In this document: positions 35,255 to 49,035 of the stretch, one piece after another | Layout of the letters: every line of letters begins with the position of its first letter | How positions within the stretch are numbered: position 1 is the first letter of the stretch | Source of the DNA: Phoronis australis | Taxonomy: Eukaryota; Animalia; Phoronida | Assembly (NCBI GenBank): GCA_002633005.1 | Contig: NMRA01000008.1 | Span: forward strand, 966,284-1,030,283 | Length of the DNA: 64,000 nt | Direction of reading: 5' to 3' | The notes under the pieces: generated by a model | Told to the model about the DNA's origin: nothing | What the model saw: the letters and a program-made list of their open reading frames with translations, nothing else | The model's database searches: none | Position numbers and translations under genes: made by a program

Positions 35255-37606
35255 ATTAGAAATTTACTGGTGTCCTATTCTGAAAATACAAGATGAGACA
35301 TTAGAACGAAAGCAACAGATAGACGTTAAATGGCAACGAGTAATTGTCATGACGAAGCAAAAAGTATTTGTAAATTTTAGCTGTAAACACCTGTTGAATT
35401 CGATAGGCTCCGACTCAAATGGAGAAGAGTCGGTGGAATCGTGCTCTTTTATGATGACCATCGACGCTTGGGCAGGTTGCCAAGAACCCTGGACAAAATA
35501 CGGCGCATGCGCCTTAAGGAAAATGCAAAATTTCGACTAAATCTCCGCACTTTTCAGTATTCGGTCTTCAAAAGGGTTCACGCCGACAATTTGATGACCA
35601 TAATAATAAATTTTGTCGTTGCATGCATGTGTTAAGGTGAACAAAATCAATAAGTGTTTAGAGTCAAGCCGCAAAATTACAGTGGGTTGTGATTAATTAA
35701 ACTCATTAGGCAGATTAATCGGTTTTCTTCATTAGTGTAAATTGTACAGCATTAGAAAAAGTCACGCTAGTCACAGACACGAACTGAACAATCAGCTAAA
35801 GCGGCATGGTGTCGATAGACCAGTTCAATAGTTATTATAGGCACAATTTGTCCAATAATTCATTAACCTACAATTAGTAGCTTAGATCGCTCATTAGCAA
35901 GTAGTGTCTGTTAACTCATGACGTAAGAGTAGCCATTCTACTACGCGTGTATTGCGTGTCCGGCAGCAGACAGAGTTATTGGGTAACTGAAGGTCAATAT
36001 TCATAATGGTAGCTAATACGCTAATGTAGCGTGAATTACGGCCAGCTTGTAACAGACCGGCACCACATTGTGGTGTGGGTATCAATTGCTAATTACAATG
36101 TCGTGATGAGGCCCAAAGGTTCAGTAACAATCCCAAATGTAAGAAGTGGAAAAATGCGAAATTATAACAATATACATATATATATATTACGTAGCATTAT
36201 TATGAGTATTTTTGAAAAAGGCGGGGAAAATAATAGTACATGCTCGAGGTGCGCACGACCCAATACGTTTTCTTCATAACGCTCAATAAGCTATGGAAAT
36301 TGCAATCTATGTATCTTAATTGAGAAAGAAGTTATTATCTGCCGAGAAAATTAGACGAGCGGTTGAAGCGTTTCATGTGCTTTAACCCCAAGTACTGTAT
36401 TTTAAAAAAGGAATTGGTCAAAAGTACAAGAAGCAACCGGACGCCCGTGAGCGCTTTCGCAGCATTTTGATGGTCTTCTAATCTCACGTAAACCTTGTGC
36501 GTTATAACTTTAAAGAGTATGATTTTCTTACGAAAATTGCGGAAGTTATTTTCTCACTAATTGCATTTCCTTTTTCGCGCACCGCAATTATTCTTCCTAC
36601 GAGTAAATTTCATTTCTCACGAAACACAGTTCCAATGACTGATATTTGGTAAGAAATTAATTCTGTTTGTTTGAAAAGAAAAGCGATTAATAAGAAAAGA
36701 CATGTGTTCATTTCTCAACAAAATATTTCTAGAGCGTGAAAAAAGAAATGCTCGTGTGAGAAAAAACGCTGTGAGAACTCCCATGCGGATAGTGAGAGAA
36801 ACTAGTTTATACCGCATTCGTAGACCTGAACAGCGTAATTTTAGTAAACCGCGAATACTAATGTACTCCGTTAATTACAATTTTCGGATAAAATGCAAAC
36901 ATTTGTGCCTTCGTAATTTACCACATCACGCAATGAATAATCAGTGTCAATAAGTTTTTCAGGCTTCATTGGATATAATTTGAATTTTTCGTGCACTTCT
37001 TACGCGATCGTTCTTCGATCAATCAAACTCAGTAGCGTAAAGGCATCACGCATACCCATTCATAAATTTCAGACAAATATTTATCTATTCATGCCTTAGT
37101 CGCCCTCAATTAAGAACGGACAATAGCGCCTTGGAGATTGACAAAAACTACTTTAAACACGTGCAATGGATCTACCCTGCGCCGTCGTAGCACACTCGCG
37201 ACAAATGTCCTTACGTCAGGATCAATGCCCGGTCAAGGATCCATCACCTTACGATCGTGGTAAAACCATCGGCCAGGCCGACCTTTGAACACACGTGCTC
37301 ATTTTCCATGCCACGAATAATGTAGCGTGCCTGGACAAGTACGAACACAAATATTCTGGATAAAATGTTACGCTATCTAATTGTCGTAGATCAAATAAAA
37401 AGTCTTGGCATCAGGAGGAAATATGACCATTAAAATAAAAATCAAAATAAAAGGTTTTCAGTGTAGAAATAAGGCCTAGAAGATAAATGTTTTAATTATT
37501 ATATATTCAAAGCCAAATTTTAGTAGCGAAAATTTTCAAGACGATCTCACCCACAATGTTGAGTGGAAGTGACATGAGAAAATTGAACTTGTACAGTAAT
37601 CCTTAC

Positions 37607-37698
37607 CTTGCCGAACGTTTATGACGAAATACACGTGATGTTCTATTCACAGCTCAAACTGCGTCACTGTCCTTCACCTGTAAGTTCTATTTCTGACT
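37607..37698 (-). other. Probable non-coding first exon (5' UTR) of the Imp-L2-like gene
   Basis: Strong donor AAG/gtaagg at 37607/37606 on minus strand lies just downstream of a TATA+Inr pair. The ATG exon has its own acceptor (ttttcag) at 35279/35280, which requires an upstream exon. Confidence 0.65.
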
Positions 37699-37822
37699 AA
37701 ACAGTTACGAGCACCAAACTTTTATACGGTTGTTAATCTACAGGTGACGTCACTTCCGAGGCATGGAACGCAAAATGTGCGTAAGTATTCGTTCGTTCCC
37801 AGCGGACGCCGCCTCTGATTGG
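37695..37822 (-). promoter_or_regulatory. Core/proximal promoter of the Imp-L2-like gene: TATA box, Inr, CRE, ETS site, CCAAT box
   Basis: On the minus strand: TATAAAA 37726-37720 sits 28 nt upstream of an Inr-like TTAGTC (37700-37695). Palindromic CRE TGACGTCA 37745-37752 overlaps ETS CGGAAGT 37758-37752. CCAAT is at 37822-37818. Spacing is canonical. Confidence 0.7.
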
Positions 37823-40427
37823 ACGACGTGGTTTGGTAGTCTTATCAGCAGACTAATCAAAATTGATCGCGCAAGAATCACTGGACATTCGGTCGTCAGT
37901 CATATGACCGGCAGCGAAAGGCAAAGGATAGCTGGATAATTGACCACGCATATGAATTGTGATTTGTAAGCTAGTACGAAGTACAATGTACACGAGATGT
38001 AATTACTGTCGGCAATAATGCATACCCCTCCAGAAAAATCGCCCCTGGTACAATTAGACCTCTGCGATACAACGTCATTGCTTCACCTCTTGAGACTGAA
38101 GTTCTCAGTCAGACTGGAGTGAATTAGATTGACATTTTCATTTATAAAACCTGCGTCTTCGGAAAACGTGACGATTACGAGTTTCCTCAGAGCCGGCCAT
38201 CTCCTTTAGCCATTTATCAAGAAAAGCTGTCCGGTCTTGTTAAGATAAACTTGATTCTTTTTTCCAAGAACACTATAATATCGAATTCCACTATGTCAAC
38301 AAAGGTTTAGAATACAGTGACAAGAACATAAATAGAACATTTTTCCTTTAGTGGTGTCTTATTGTTTTATCAAGATCACATGGCAATGGCTAATCATGTT
38401 CTGTAACGAAAGACGGACCCAACCTCAAGTTTTGCAGTCACGGCGTCTAAAAAAATGTCTGACGTTCAGATTCCTTGTACCCCAGCATACCCAGTCAATC
38501 AAGTACACTATTAGATGTACGCTGAAATATATTTTCAATATTAGTCAACTGTATTAACCCGTAGTTAGATTTTAAACAAAGCAAGTCAGATGACACCATA
38601 TTTTCAGCGCGTGAATGAACCCATGGTTATTCATAAAACTGTATGACCATTCAGAATTGTCTGATGCGGTGAGAATATTCACTTTTATCTTTATAAAATC
38701 CTATTTTTTTACTTTCACATGTTGTGACTTCAAAATGGATAATTTTTAAAGTAGTTAAGTTATCTCACTATGCGCGTGCCACAACGGAACTACTTCTCTA
38801 AGCTTCCTCCAAAATACTAATTTTTACCATTTTTTTCATTCCAGTATCATTCTTGTCACGGTTATAAATCCTATCCGATCATTTATCCATTAGGTGCACC
38901 TCTCGTCTCCTTACTATATCAACATAAAATCCATTGGAATTTCCCTGGATCCATTTGTGAAAATCCTGGGTGCGCCTTATCAGAACATGCTGAGTGATAT
39001 GAAAAGCCGGCTTCAGAAGACAGCGCTTCTAGTTCCTTCGCGAGAGGGTGCGGCACTGTCGTTAAAATATCTGCCCTATCGTGTTCGTGCCTATCAGATA
39101 TACCCTTCACTGTGAAATGTTTAGAATTGTGTCCGTGCTGTAGAGTTTGGCGAAACAGAACAGATTGACATTATCACTCCGGACCGCCTCGTCCACACCT
39201 GGTCTGTATGCCAAAGACGGGGGGTGGGGGAGGGGGGGGGAACGAAAAACCTCTGGATTTTAATCCCGAAGAATTCCGTCTATTTGAATACAAAGTCGTT
39301 ACGACACTTTTTAAAATAATGTGATTAACAACTTTCGCATTTTTCAAGACTAGTGTTTGCTGTTGAAACTTAAAAAGCTTGAGTTACATAGTCTCACCGA
39401 GTTCATGTACTTTAATTTTCAAAACTCAAAATCGTTGACTCGACCCTTGAATTTCGCCTGTAGCCGGGCTGGTCTTGAAACACACTTTAAGGGACAGTAG
39501 TGTGCCACGGCCAGGAAGAGAGGCAGTGTGTAATATAAACAGTTACTCAACTTGAAATATACAGTAATGTATGAGAGAAGATGGCCGCAATAGACAAACC
39601 GTAAATATCAATAATTTTGTTTTGAGTCAAGATTTATTTCTTATTGGAAAACGTAGCCTAAGAACTTTTCCAAGGAGCTTGCCTTTTCGTTCTTTAAGCT
39701 TGATCCCATTCAGAAAACATTAATGGACTCACAAGTACTTGCATACTACATTGCAATGTAAATAGCTTACTACAGTTCTTGAAAATTGTCTGTTCGTCCA
39801 ACAACTTTTATTTACAATGCTAAAACATGAGTTAGGATTTACGTAGATTCTGTGCGTTTCGTCAACACACAATTAAAGAAAATCGAAGGCAAAATATGAT
39901 TTTATGCATATTTAACGGACCGTGTTTTCGTCATTGAATCGATTCCAACTAAAACGCTATGCATTACAATCACAACTGAGTTCCGAATTATCTGGATTAA
40001 ATCGGGGGTTTACCTCCTACTACTCATCGAGAGGCATTCCAACTCGAGCAGTCGAACCATCCGTGACGTAACTGACCAATCGATTCCTACGTGATACTGA
40101 ACACGACAAAATGCTACGTTGATCACATGTCTGTTTCAAAACTGCGATATTTGCATTTGTGTTTTGTATTGTGACTTCCATTTCAATCAATAAATGTATA
40201 AAACGCACTTCGAATGCAACTTTTTTTAGAATGTAGACAAACTTTGATGTCAGTATTGTCAGTACCTTCATATGTTTCTTATTTTGTGCTTTTGTTGTAG
40301 GAAAGAAATAAACTGCCTGGGAATGCAAAAATGACGAAAATTTTTTGAGTGCCCCTTAACGAAATGTCATTCTTCCCCCAAGCCTCGTAATTACTTCTAA
40401 TTTGAGATAAGAACAAGTTGAAACCAT

Positions 40428-40572
40428 GGTAGATTTCAGTAACGCTAGGACCTACGCTAGGACCTCGCTAAAATCTAGTCAAAATCACGTGTTCTCGTTT
40501 AAAATACACGACAATATCTCAAATAATCTCGCGAAGTCTTGGCCTTAGCGAGGACCTAGCGTCACTGAACTC
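40428..40572. mobile_element. MITE family C copy 1 (GGTAGAGTTCAGTAACGCTAGGACCTCGCTAA TIR, ~145 bp)
   Basis: TIRs and interior (AAAATCACGTG...ATCTCGCGAAGTCTTG) are shared, in inverted orientation, with 43772-43930 and 55418-55564. Confidence 0.75.
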
Positions 40573-42654
40573 AGGGCAGTTTTATGTTAGTGGCGAAACG
40601 TTATTTTTGATGGCTGGTGCGTTCATAACAACTTTCACATTTGGAATTCAGTTGTCAGCAATTCGCTTGAAAAAACTTTCAGCTTTGTGGAATAGTTGAT
40701 GGCATCATGCTACAGTATTCTACTAATAAAACTCAAAAGCCACGTTTGTGCCATTTGATTTTTTTGTACAGGAACTGAGTCCATTTTTTGGCCAGACTGG
40801 ACCATTGTGGACAGTCAACCTTGACTGGAAGGTGTACAGAATTGGCGTGTTGGGAGAGCTCAGTCACATCTGTCCAGCACGTCATGAAAATGAAAATCGT
40901 GCAAAGTAAAATCGATACTCAGTGCCAGATCAAGCTACACTTCTTGGATAAAAAGATACTAGACAAGCACATCTCATATGCACTATAGAATGACAACAGT
41001 TGTAAGGCAAGCCCATTAGACTGGGTCCTCAAGGTTATGTAATATCTTGTCGACAAATCTATGCATTTAGCCGAACGTCTACAACAGAAATCTCAATAAC
41101 ACTGTTAAGTTTTCTAAAATATTTCGTTTTCATTTCATGTTACTTTATCATAAAAATCCTAATTTGACAGCCCCTCGTGCAAAAGTGCAACATTCTAAAA
41201 AGAGTTACTAAAAGGGTTTTGGAGAAAAGAGCATAACGCATAGTAAGTGTAAATTTCGTTTCTGAGGTATGACAGTCCAAAGTTAGTCAAATTTGCTTTT
41301 TTGTTCTAGAGTCCAATACAATTTCAATGTAAAATTATGTGTGGAATCTTCATGTGATGTTTACGAATGCTTTGCAGTTTTTTCCGGAATCTTGGAAATT
41401 CATCCCATGAATATAGCAATTGCGGAATTATAAGTTACCTTCACTCGAGTACAAACTTTGCGAAATGACTTGCCACGAACGGGTCTCATATAATGTTTAT
41501 GTTCTGGAAGGTGCTAAGTCCGGGATGCACGCGCGCTCGCTCGATCTCTCATTTAATTCAGTTACTAGCTGGATAAAACCCTGGTTGACATTGACAGTAA
41601 TTTGTGTTTGTTAACATTCATCAAACTTCTTTCAAGGTTTAACTTTACTGCTTAAAGTGCGCAACACAGTTAGGTTTTGTAACCGCATGCATAACGGACA
41701 ATTGAAGTTTTAGTCTTCAGGGTATTTTACTTGAAACATCAAATTCTAATTATAATATCCCGCAAAATGACTATTGCGTCCACAAATAATATTACGCATC
41801 TACTCTTGATATCTACCTATTGGTTTCAATCCACTCAGGTTAGAAACCATTTACGTTGCGGTTTACCATCTAATTATGTACACGCGTCGTTGTAAACGCC
41901 ATCTTGGACAAATTTGCGATGGAATTTAAACATTTTTCCACTTGTCAAAAAGTATGCTGTAAGATTTTCCGCAGGTATATAATGCCGTGGTTTGATATTA
42001 AACATTCTTGAGTCAAGCGTGCTTGCTTAAATGGGGGAAGTCCCATGCTGTGTCTTTCCGCTGCTAGACGACGGGGGTGAAAAATCACACCCTCGTAAAC
42101 GCATATTTAGCATGACGTACAAATAAACCTAACCTGTAGGCAATGTGCTTAATCGACTTGGCCTACTACTCTCATGGATCGAAAGTGTTTGCTAACTTTT
42201 TACATAGCTGAGAAAAAAATGAAAACAATGGGACATTAGAAGATCGAGTTTTAACGTCAGTGTATCGACAGTGTAAATGTTTACAATGATAAGTAATCGA
42301 TAACCGAGTTTCGGACAAGATAAACTACTTATCTTTTGTCGTTTATTTAGTTAAAGTGGATTAAATTTAGAAATCTCAAGATCATATACCCGTGATTCGT
42401 TGGCCACTTGCCAGGATCTGTGGAGGGGTGTGTGCATGATCGGCTGGAGGGTGACAGGTAGCGCGGGGTAGACAAAAATGTTGTGGAAATTGTAGAGTTA
42501 AACGGGTAAGAGGGGCTCAAAAAACGGTAAAAACAAAAGGTTACAGTCAGGTCGAGTAAGGACATTACCAAAATGAACATTGGGGATGAAAAATCAACCA
42601 CAGCGATGAATATGCCCCCTGCCGGACAATGAGAATGATAGTAATGAAGAAAAC

Positions 42655-42715
<61 letters not shown>

Positions 42716-42720
42716 TTGAT
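42655..42720. repeat. (GAT)n microsatellite, ~20 units
   Basis: Directly visible. Confidence 0.95.
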
Positions 42721-43771
42721 TACGTCAATTAAATAGTAGGAATAACTGCACACGTGAGTTTACGGCTCTTCTAAAAAGTCTATATTCACAATTTGAATAA
42801 TCATCTGTGGTAATATGAACCGCCATACACGGATATAGTTACATCGCCAAACGGAGAAGTTTTGTCTTCACGATTTCTCCAAGAATTCGTCATCAACAAT
42901 AGGTTGCCGTGAAATGAATTTTCTGTGACTCCAGATTGAATGTCGTGTTACAGTGTGTGGGCCGTGTTGCCGGTGGGACAATGACTATGCAAACACATTA
43001 TTACACAGTGCCTGCCCCAGTTTAAACGCGACGGACAATGGTCTTAAATGCATTCCACCCACACCCAGACATTATGTCCTCCGGGCTAAATAAGCTTTAC
43101 ACAATTAACGACCCTTTATGTGGCGATAAACCAGTATAATGGTAAAGTCGCTTGTGTACTTCTCATGTTGAAATCCTAGGATATTCCTGTTAAATAGGTA
43201 TACGGAGCGTGCCGTTCAGATTGGTGACTTTTTCAAGACCAATTTCCCTGAGAGTTAAGGACGACATTTCTGACAAATCGTATACCCTTCCCCTATTCGA
43301 TTCCTGCATAACTTTACAGAAGTGTATTTAATACCAATATTTTAAAAACTTTAGTTGCAAGAGATGCGCTCATTTTTTATAACACGGCATTTATCCTATT
43401 TTTAACTATTTCAGTCTTTGATGTGTCGAAAAGACATTGAACTGCCTACGATGAGAGGTTAGGTGCATGGAACCTAGCCTCAACAGAATGACATTACTTT
43501 TTCAAGAAAGCTCCCTAGCCAGGATTTTCGAAAGAATCTCCACCAGCATAATCCCCCGTGGGGGCTTTTCTGGAAACAATTCGACCAACCCCCCTCCAAA
43601 GGGATTCTTTCGGGATTGTTTTAAATGAATGTCACGGAACAAAGGCACTGGGAAATGCTACAAAACATCACTATTTCCCAATAATATGGAGTCTAAAAAG
43701 CGGTAAATATCATTTCAAGTTATCGATGAATTACTTGCCAACGCCGGGAGGCGTTGCCAAACTGCCGTTAA

Positions 43772-43930
43772 AGTGACGCTTGGACCTCGTTAAGAAGCAA
43801 GACTTCGCGAGATTACGTGGGATATTGCCGTGTATTTTAAATATGTGATCTTGGCTAGATTTTAGCGAGGTCCTAGCGAGGTCCTAGCGAGGTCCTAGCG
43901 TAGGTCCAAGCGTTACTGAACTCTACCCTG
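43772..43930. mobile_element. MITE family C copy 2
   Basis: CAAGACTTCGCGAGATTACGTG interior; TAGCGAGGTCC repeated three to four times; ends GCGTTACTGAACTCTACCCTG. Confidence 0.75.
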
Positions 43931-46900
43931 GGTACTAGGTCCTATTTGGTTAGTATTTCATGTCAATCGAAGTTAAAATCTGGACACAAAAAACAACAGC
44001 GCATCCGAATCCAAAACTTATTTCCTAATGTCAAGCGCAGCCATTTACTCCTTTTAAATAAGGCACTTTTAAGCCAACTGCTGAATGTGTGCAATAACTA
44101 GTTTTTGAACACGCCTCACTACTTCTTTCCGAAAGAGTCCGTTGGCGGATTTTTGTGTGCGCAAAATCCCTCTAGGAAAAATGGAATCTCCGGTACAACA
44201 GGAGCCAAGATATCGAGTCCACCTCCCAGATGCTTGTAAATGGGTGGGTATATTATTCCTATACCCACCGGGTTGAGATAGGTCCTTCGTTTAAAAGTAG
44301 TTGACTATTGTGTTAATTCAGATAACCAGACACTACGAGGACCGCCTCTCAAGGCACACCCCACCCGGTGGCGCGCTTTGAGAACTCGCAACAAGCGCCG
44401 CAACTGCACAATAGAAGTAGAACGTGACGTGACTACGGAAGTAGGCGTGACGTACTCGCATGTCTGATTTTTTTAAATCTGAAGTGAAAGGTTAATAAAA
44501 TACTAAAAAAAGTATTCAAAAACTGTTCTGACTCCAGTCTCAAATTGAGAACAACGCACAGAGAAAACAATAGCTGTCAACACTGATCTATAGTTGTTGA
44601 CGTCATCAATAGGATAATTGTTCTGAGAATGTGATATCCTGCGGCTCTGTTTCCTTTTTACGATTTTTGACGTGAGCATGCATTGTTCCCAGGTATCCGT
44701 TACAATGAAGTATTGCAACAACTAATAGATGGACGTACATTCATTAAACTCCAACTACTACAATCACACTGCGATTTTTTCAAGTTTTGATGGATTTCAG
44801 TAGAGTTCCATCAGACGTAACTCAAGGGGAGGTCATTCACCTCTCCGCCCTGTCGTATAAGGCGGCTCCTCGCACAGACGGCTCTATGGAGATAAACCAG
44901 GAATATTGGACTATTTTGATAGCAAACAAGCTTTCTTCGTGTCTTGCGAAGTGAGTCATGCGAACGGTGACGGGAACTCCAACGTTGGAATCTGCTGAAC
45001 ATGAAGTTTTGCACGTACATCTAATAATCACAACGGCTATCTGCTTGTTGGGCCATCTTACACAAACATAGAACTGCTGAAACCATCACTGTTATCAATT
45101 GGATTGTCCAGTTCAAAAAGCAAATTTGGTGGTTGGTAGAAACTGAAATCAAAATGTATCCGGGACCTTATTTTTAACTTTATGATCGGGTTCATTATAG
45201 TTAAAAATTGCCCAGCGCAATGGATGTTTCATAAGTGGTCCACTCATAACCGTCAATAAAATATACAACACACAAGTTCTCGTCGGCTTCGTCTACTCGG
45301 TACAGACAGTGATTCGTAAGTGGAAAAGGTTTTTGCCTTAGTCGATTGAAAATCGAAAACGGGATTCGGCTTAGAAGATAGCTCGGCAATCACTCAACGT
45401 GTAAAGCTAGGAACCAATATTGGTTCCTAGTGTAAAGAAAGTAGTTCAAAAATCGTACACGATGTTGCACACAAACTCCTGTGCTGGTAGGCATGTACAG
45501 GCGTGAGTTACGTGGACCTGACGTCTTGCGAAAAAATCAGGAATTCTCGCGTCTACGAAACTCTGCCAAGAAGAGCGTTCCGTAGACTTAATTTCTCATG
45601 AAAGAAGCAAGATTTAAAATTGGATGTAATTTCCCTAATCACAAATTGATCTGCTATAACATACTTGGTAAAAGTTTGATTGTGGAAGCATAATTATTTT
45701 ATGTGACAAAATCTGAGATGAGTTCCATCGAAAAATGTAGTACTGTAACAATGAAACTAATTCCATTCGATTTTGTAAAGGGGTCACGATTCACAATGAC
45801 AGAAACCTAAAACATGCAAATTTAGACGTATTAACTTAAATCTAAATTTGAATCAAAAGAACATTTTTCGATTTTCCAGACACTTTTGACACTGTCAATT
45901 TCGTGTGTTTTTTATCTGAGTTGAGTCATCAAGTTATTTAACTCGGTCCTCCTGTATAGTTTTTCAATCAGTTTTTTCGCAATTCTTGTCTCTGTAGGTA
46001 TCCTCAGTTCATTGATATCTCATCGCATATTTCGATCATAGTTTTTGTCACATTGCAAGTGATAACAATGAAGTGTTCGTAAAACTTAGTATTATCATCA
46101 TTTGAAATTACAGCGGTCAATAGATAAAGATTTGAAACGCGGTATCTGAAATGTCACTCGTGACTATCTCTTAAACTTTTAAAAAAGATTATCCAATTAC
46201 TTCAGGTCCTGTGTTTCCTGTACTTTCTTACTGCGAACAGAAATAGACAGTGGCATAATGAGTACAATAAGAAACCCGCCTACTCACTATGGAAAGGTAA
46301 ACGCAGCCGACAACTTGCTTCTGCGTAACGTTTTGGTTGATTCGTGTTAGTTTTAAGTATCGTTACTTGGCTTATGAAAGCGCAATGCTGCGGAAAACGT
46401 TTAAACAAACTCTTTATCAAAATATTAGTGCAGGCGAATCATCTGTTTATTCTTGTACACTGACGTTTCCTTTTGTATGAGACAGTAACAAGGAGCAAAA
46501 ACTTCAGTGCTCGCATTTTGTTTCCGCTGTTTCTTTGATTATGATTTTCAGCCACAATGGAAGCCATCCTCAGGTTTCATTTATGTTGTAAATGACAATC
46601 GAACAATGTATGTTAATCGCAATTTCCTGTGTATGTTATTTCTTATTATTCTTCAATTGAAAAAAAAATGTTTGCGTTCTTTTGTTTCCGTATATCGCCT
46701 GTCTTTGTGCAGTACAAGTGTAACATTTTCTGTTTAAAGGTACAATAAGGCCGCGCCTTGACCTGACAGGTGGCAACTGCATCAGGTCAGGTACAATCAA
46801 GTGATTGTCACGGTGGCGAAGTCCCACACGCGCAAAGACATTCCAGGCGTAATACAGCAACGTCTAAATTCTCTACAGCATGTTTTTGCTTACATTTTGA

Positions 46901-48472
46901 TGAAACTGGAGCAGTATGAACAATATGGCTTCTGGGGAAGCAAACGATCGTTGTACGCAGAGAAAAAGTCACGATAGCAAGCTTTTAAGACCATTCAAAA
47001 AGATTTCGCCAGCCCGTTAATACGCCAAGCTCAATGCGTGCAGGCCTTCATTACTCAGAGGCGAGAGTCTCGCGAAAAAGAAAGAGCGCCCAAACTTCGC
47101 CAGATATCCCCATGTATCACAAGCGAAGCACGGGATAACACTTACTAGTTTCCTTAACGAAATTTTTGCGAAACTGCACGCGGGTGTGTGATAGATTCAG
47201 AAAGACACATGGAGTTTGTCTTTCGAAGTCTCTGTTGTCTTTTGAGTTTTGGCTAAATATATATCAGTCTAAAGATGGCTCAGGCTGTCTCACGAACGCA
47301 GCCCCAAGACTAAAATCCAGACCTAACCTATTTATACAACCCTTAAAGCCATAGACGGAAATCCGCAGCCTGCTCAGGAGCAGATTGAAAGTCAAAGCTA
47401 AGAGACAAAATCAATCAACTTTTTGCTCTAGATTCTTCGAAAGACAGGCCACTGGTACTGTGCAGTAGTTCTACTCTTCATGAATGTTCGGCAACGAGAT
47501 CAGATAGTATGGTAAGCTATTTCAGAGCACACATTCTGGTGGGAAATTGCTTCTGCGCAGCTTCGCTGCATTTGCAAGTTTGATTTCGTGCCCACAGTGG
47601 TCTCGTGTTCAGTGTTTTGGTTGTGACTTCCGCATATCACGATGTCATTCAAATTTATAGTTTCACGTTATTTGTCAATTCACATTACTATAAAGAAAAT
47701 ATAACGAAAAAACATTCGTGAAACGTTATAAACATGAATTTCTTTCACTTTTTGTCTATTTATTTGTTGGTAATAAGAGTCGTTGGTTTATCCAGGCGCT
47801 TATTCATCTGATCGTGAAGTTTACTGTATTTTTATCAGCGACAAGCACTTTTCCGATTGCGTTCTCGGTATATAGTTGGTCTCGGTTGATTTTTGGAACG
47901 ATCGTAGTCGCGAGGGATTGTCGTCACGGGAAATCACGTGTTTTGACGCATTCTCATAGCGTCGCCATAACCATTTTTTTCGAAAACTGCTGATGTACCT
48001 TTAGTTAGGAAAACAACAACCCATGATTAGTAGCAGTGAGTATTCAATCCCCAATAATCAATAAATTTGTCATGTGCGGCAAAATTGCCCACTTGTGCTA
48101 AACACATCTAATTTGAAAAAATGTTGTACTTTTGTTCTGACGTAGATATGCAAACGTGCGATACCTCCTAATAGAAATATTTTAGAAATACCCTAACTGT
48201 CTCCGCCTGTTACGCAGTAGTGAAACAAAAAAGTCGTGAAACACCACATAATTTCACCGACAAAGGAAATCCTCTTCGAGATTGTGCAATCGTTCTTTTA
48301 ACGATGAAATATTATCATCGGAATAAGGAATGAGAAATTGTAACAGTTATGTGACTAGTAATTTTTGAACACCTTCAATTCCTGTCGACGTGTTTCCTGT
48401 CACTGCATAAACTGTTTCAAGGGAATGGTTTGATAAGAGGTTTGCTACCGTGGAAAAGCGACTTCAATACCA

Positions 48473-49035
48473 GGACCTAGGGTCTAATCTTTGTACTCGA
48501 AACTCGACTCGGTAACTTATCAATTACATGGCAAGCCTCAAGTGTACTCGAAAAATGCGGCGAGTCTGATTTCGAGTCTGAGTCAGGACCTAGGGCCAGG
48601 GTCTAATCTTTACCATCACAATCGGATTCGAAAATTAACCAAATGACCTTACAATTTTGTACTCGAATCACGCTGGGGCAAGACTGAGTTTTCGGAAGAT
48701 TATATCCAGGACCCTAATATCAGATTCAAGGCAGCAGTGTCATGATGAAATATGTCTTACCGCTATGTGGCGACAGGGTAGTTGATTGATACCGGTCTGC
48801 ATTATGGAGCGTTCGCGTTTTATGACTTCTTTGCGACCAGAATGCCAATGTTGTGGGGCAGTTCGTTCAAACGGTTTGCACAAAAAATGCCTAGCGTCTC
48901 AAGTTTTCTGTGAATGAAAGTTATCATGTCGCTTCGTCTCAGTCAACTCAGTCCATCTTGCGCACCATGTAGAATGTTTCCATTCGTCAATTTTACTGAG
49001 AGTCAAGTTCCGAGTAAAAAGATTAAACCACGGCC
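48473..49035. mobile_element. Cluster of short or nested MITE family A derivatives
   Basis: GGGTCTAATCTTTGTACTCGAAA (48480), GGGCCAGGGTCTAATCTTTAC (48593) and the inverted CGAGTAAAAAGATTAAACCACGGCC (49011) match the family A TIR. Confidence 0.5.

Noticed and set aside
42565-42753. Poly-Ile ORF that looks like a transmembrane peptide
   Set aside because: Reverse translation of the (GAT)n microsatellite.
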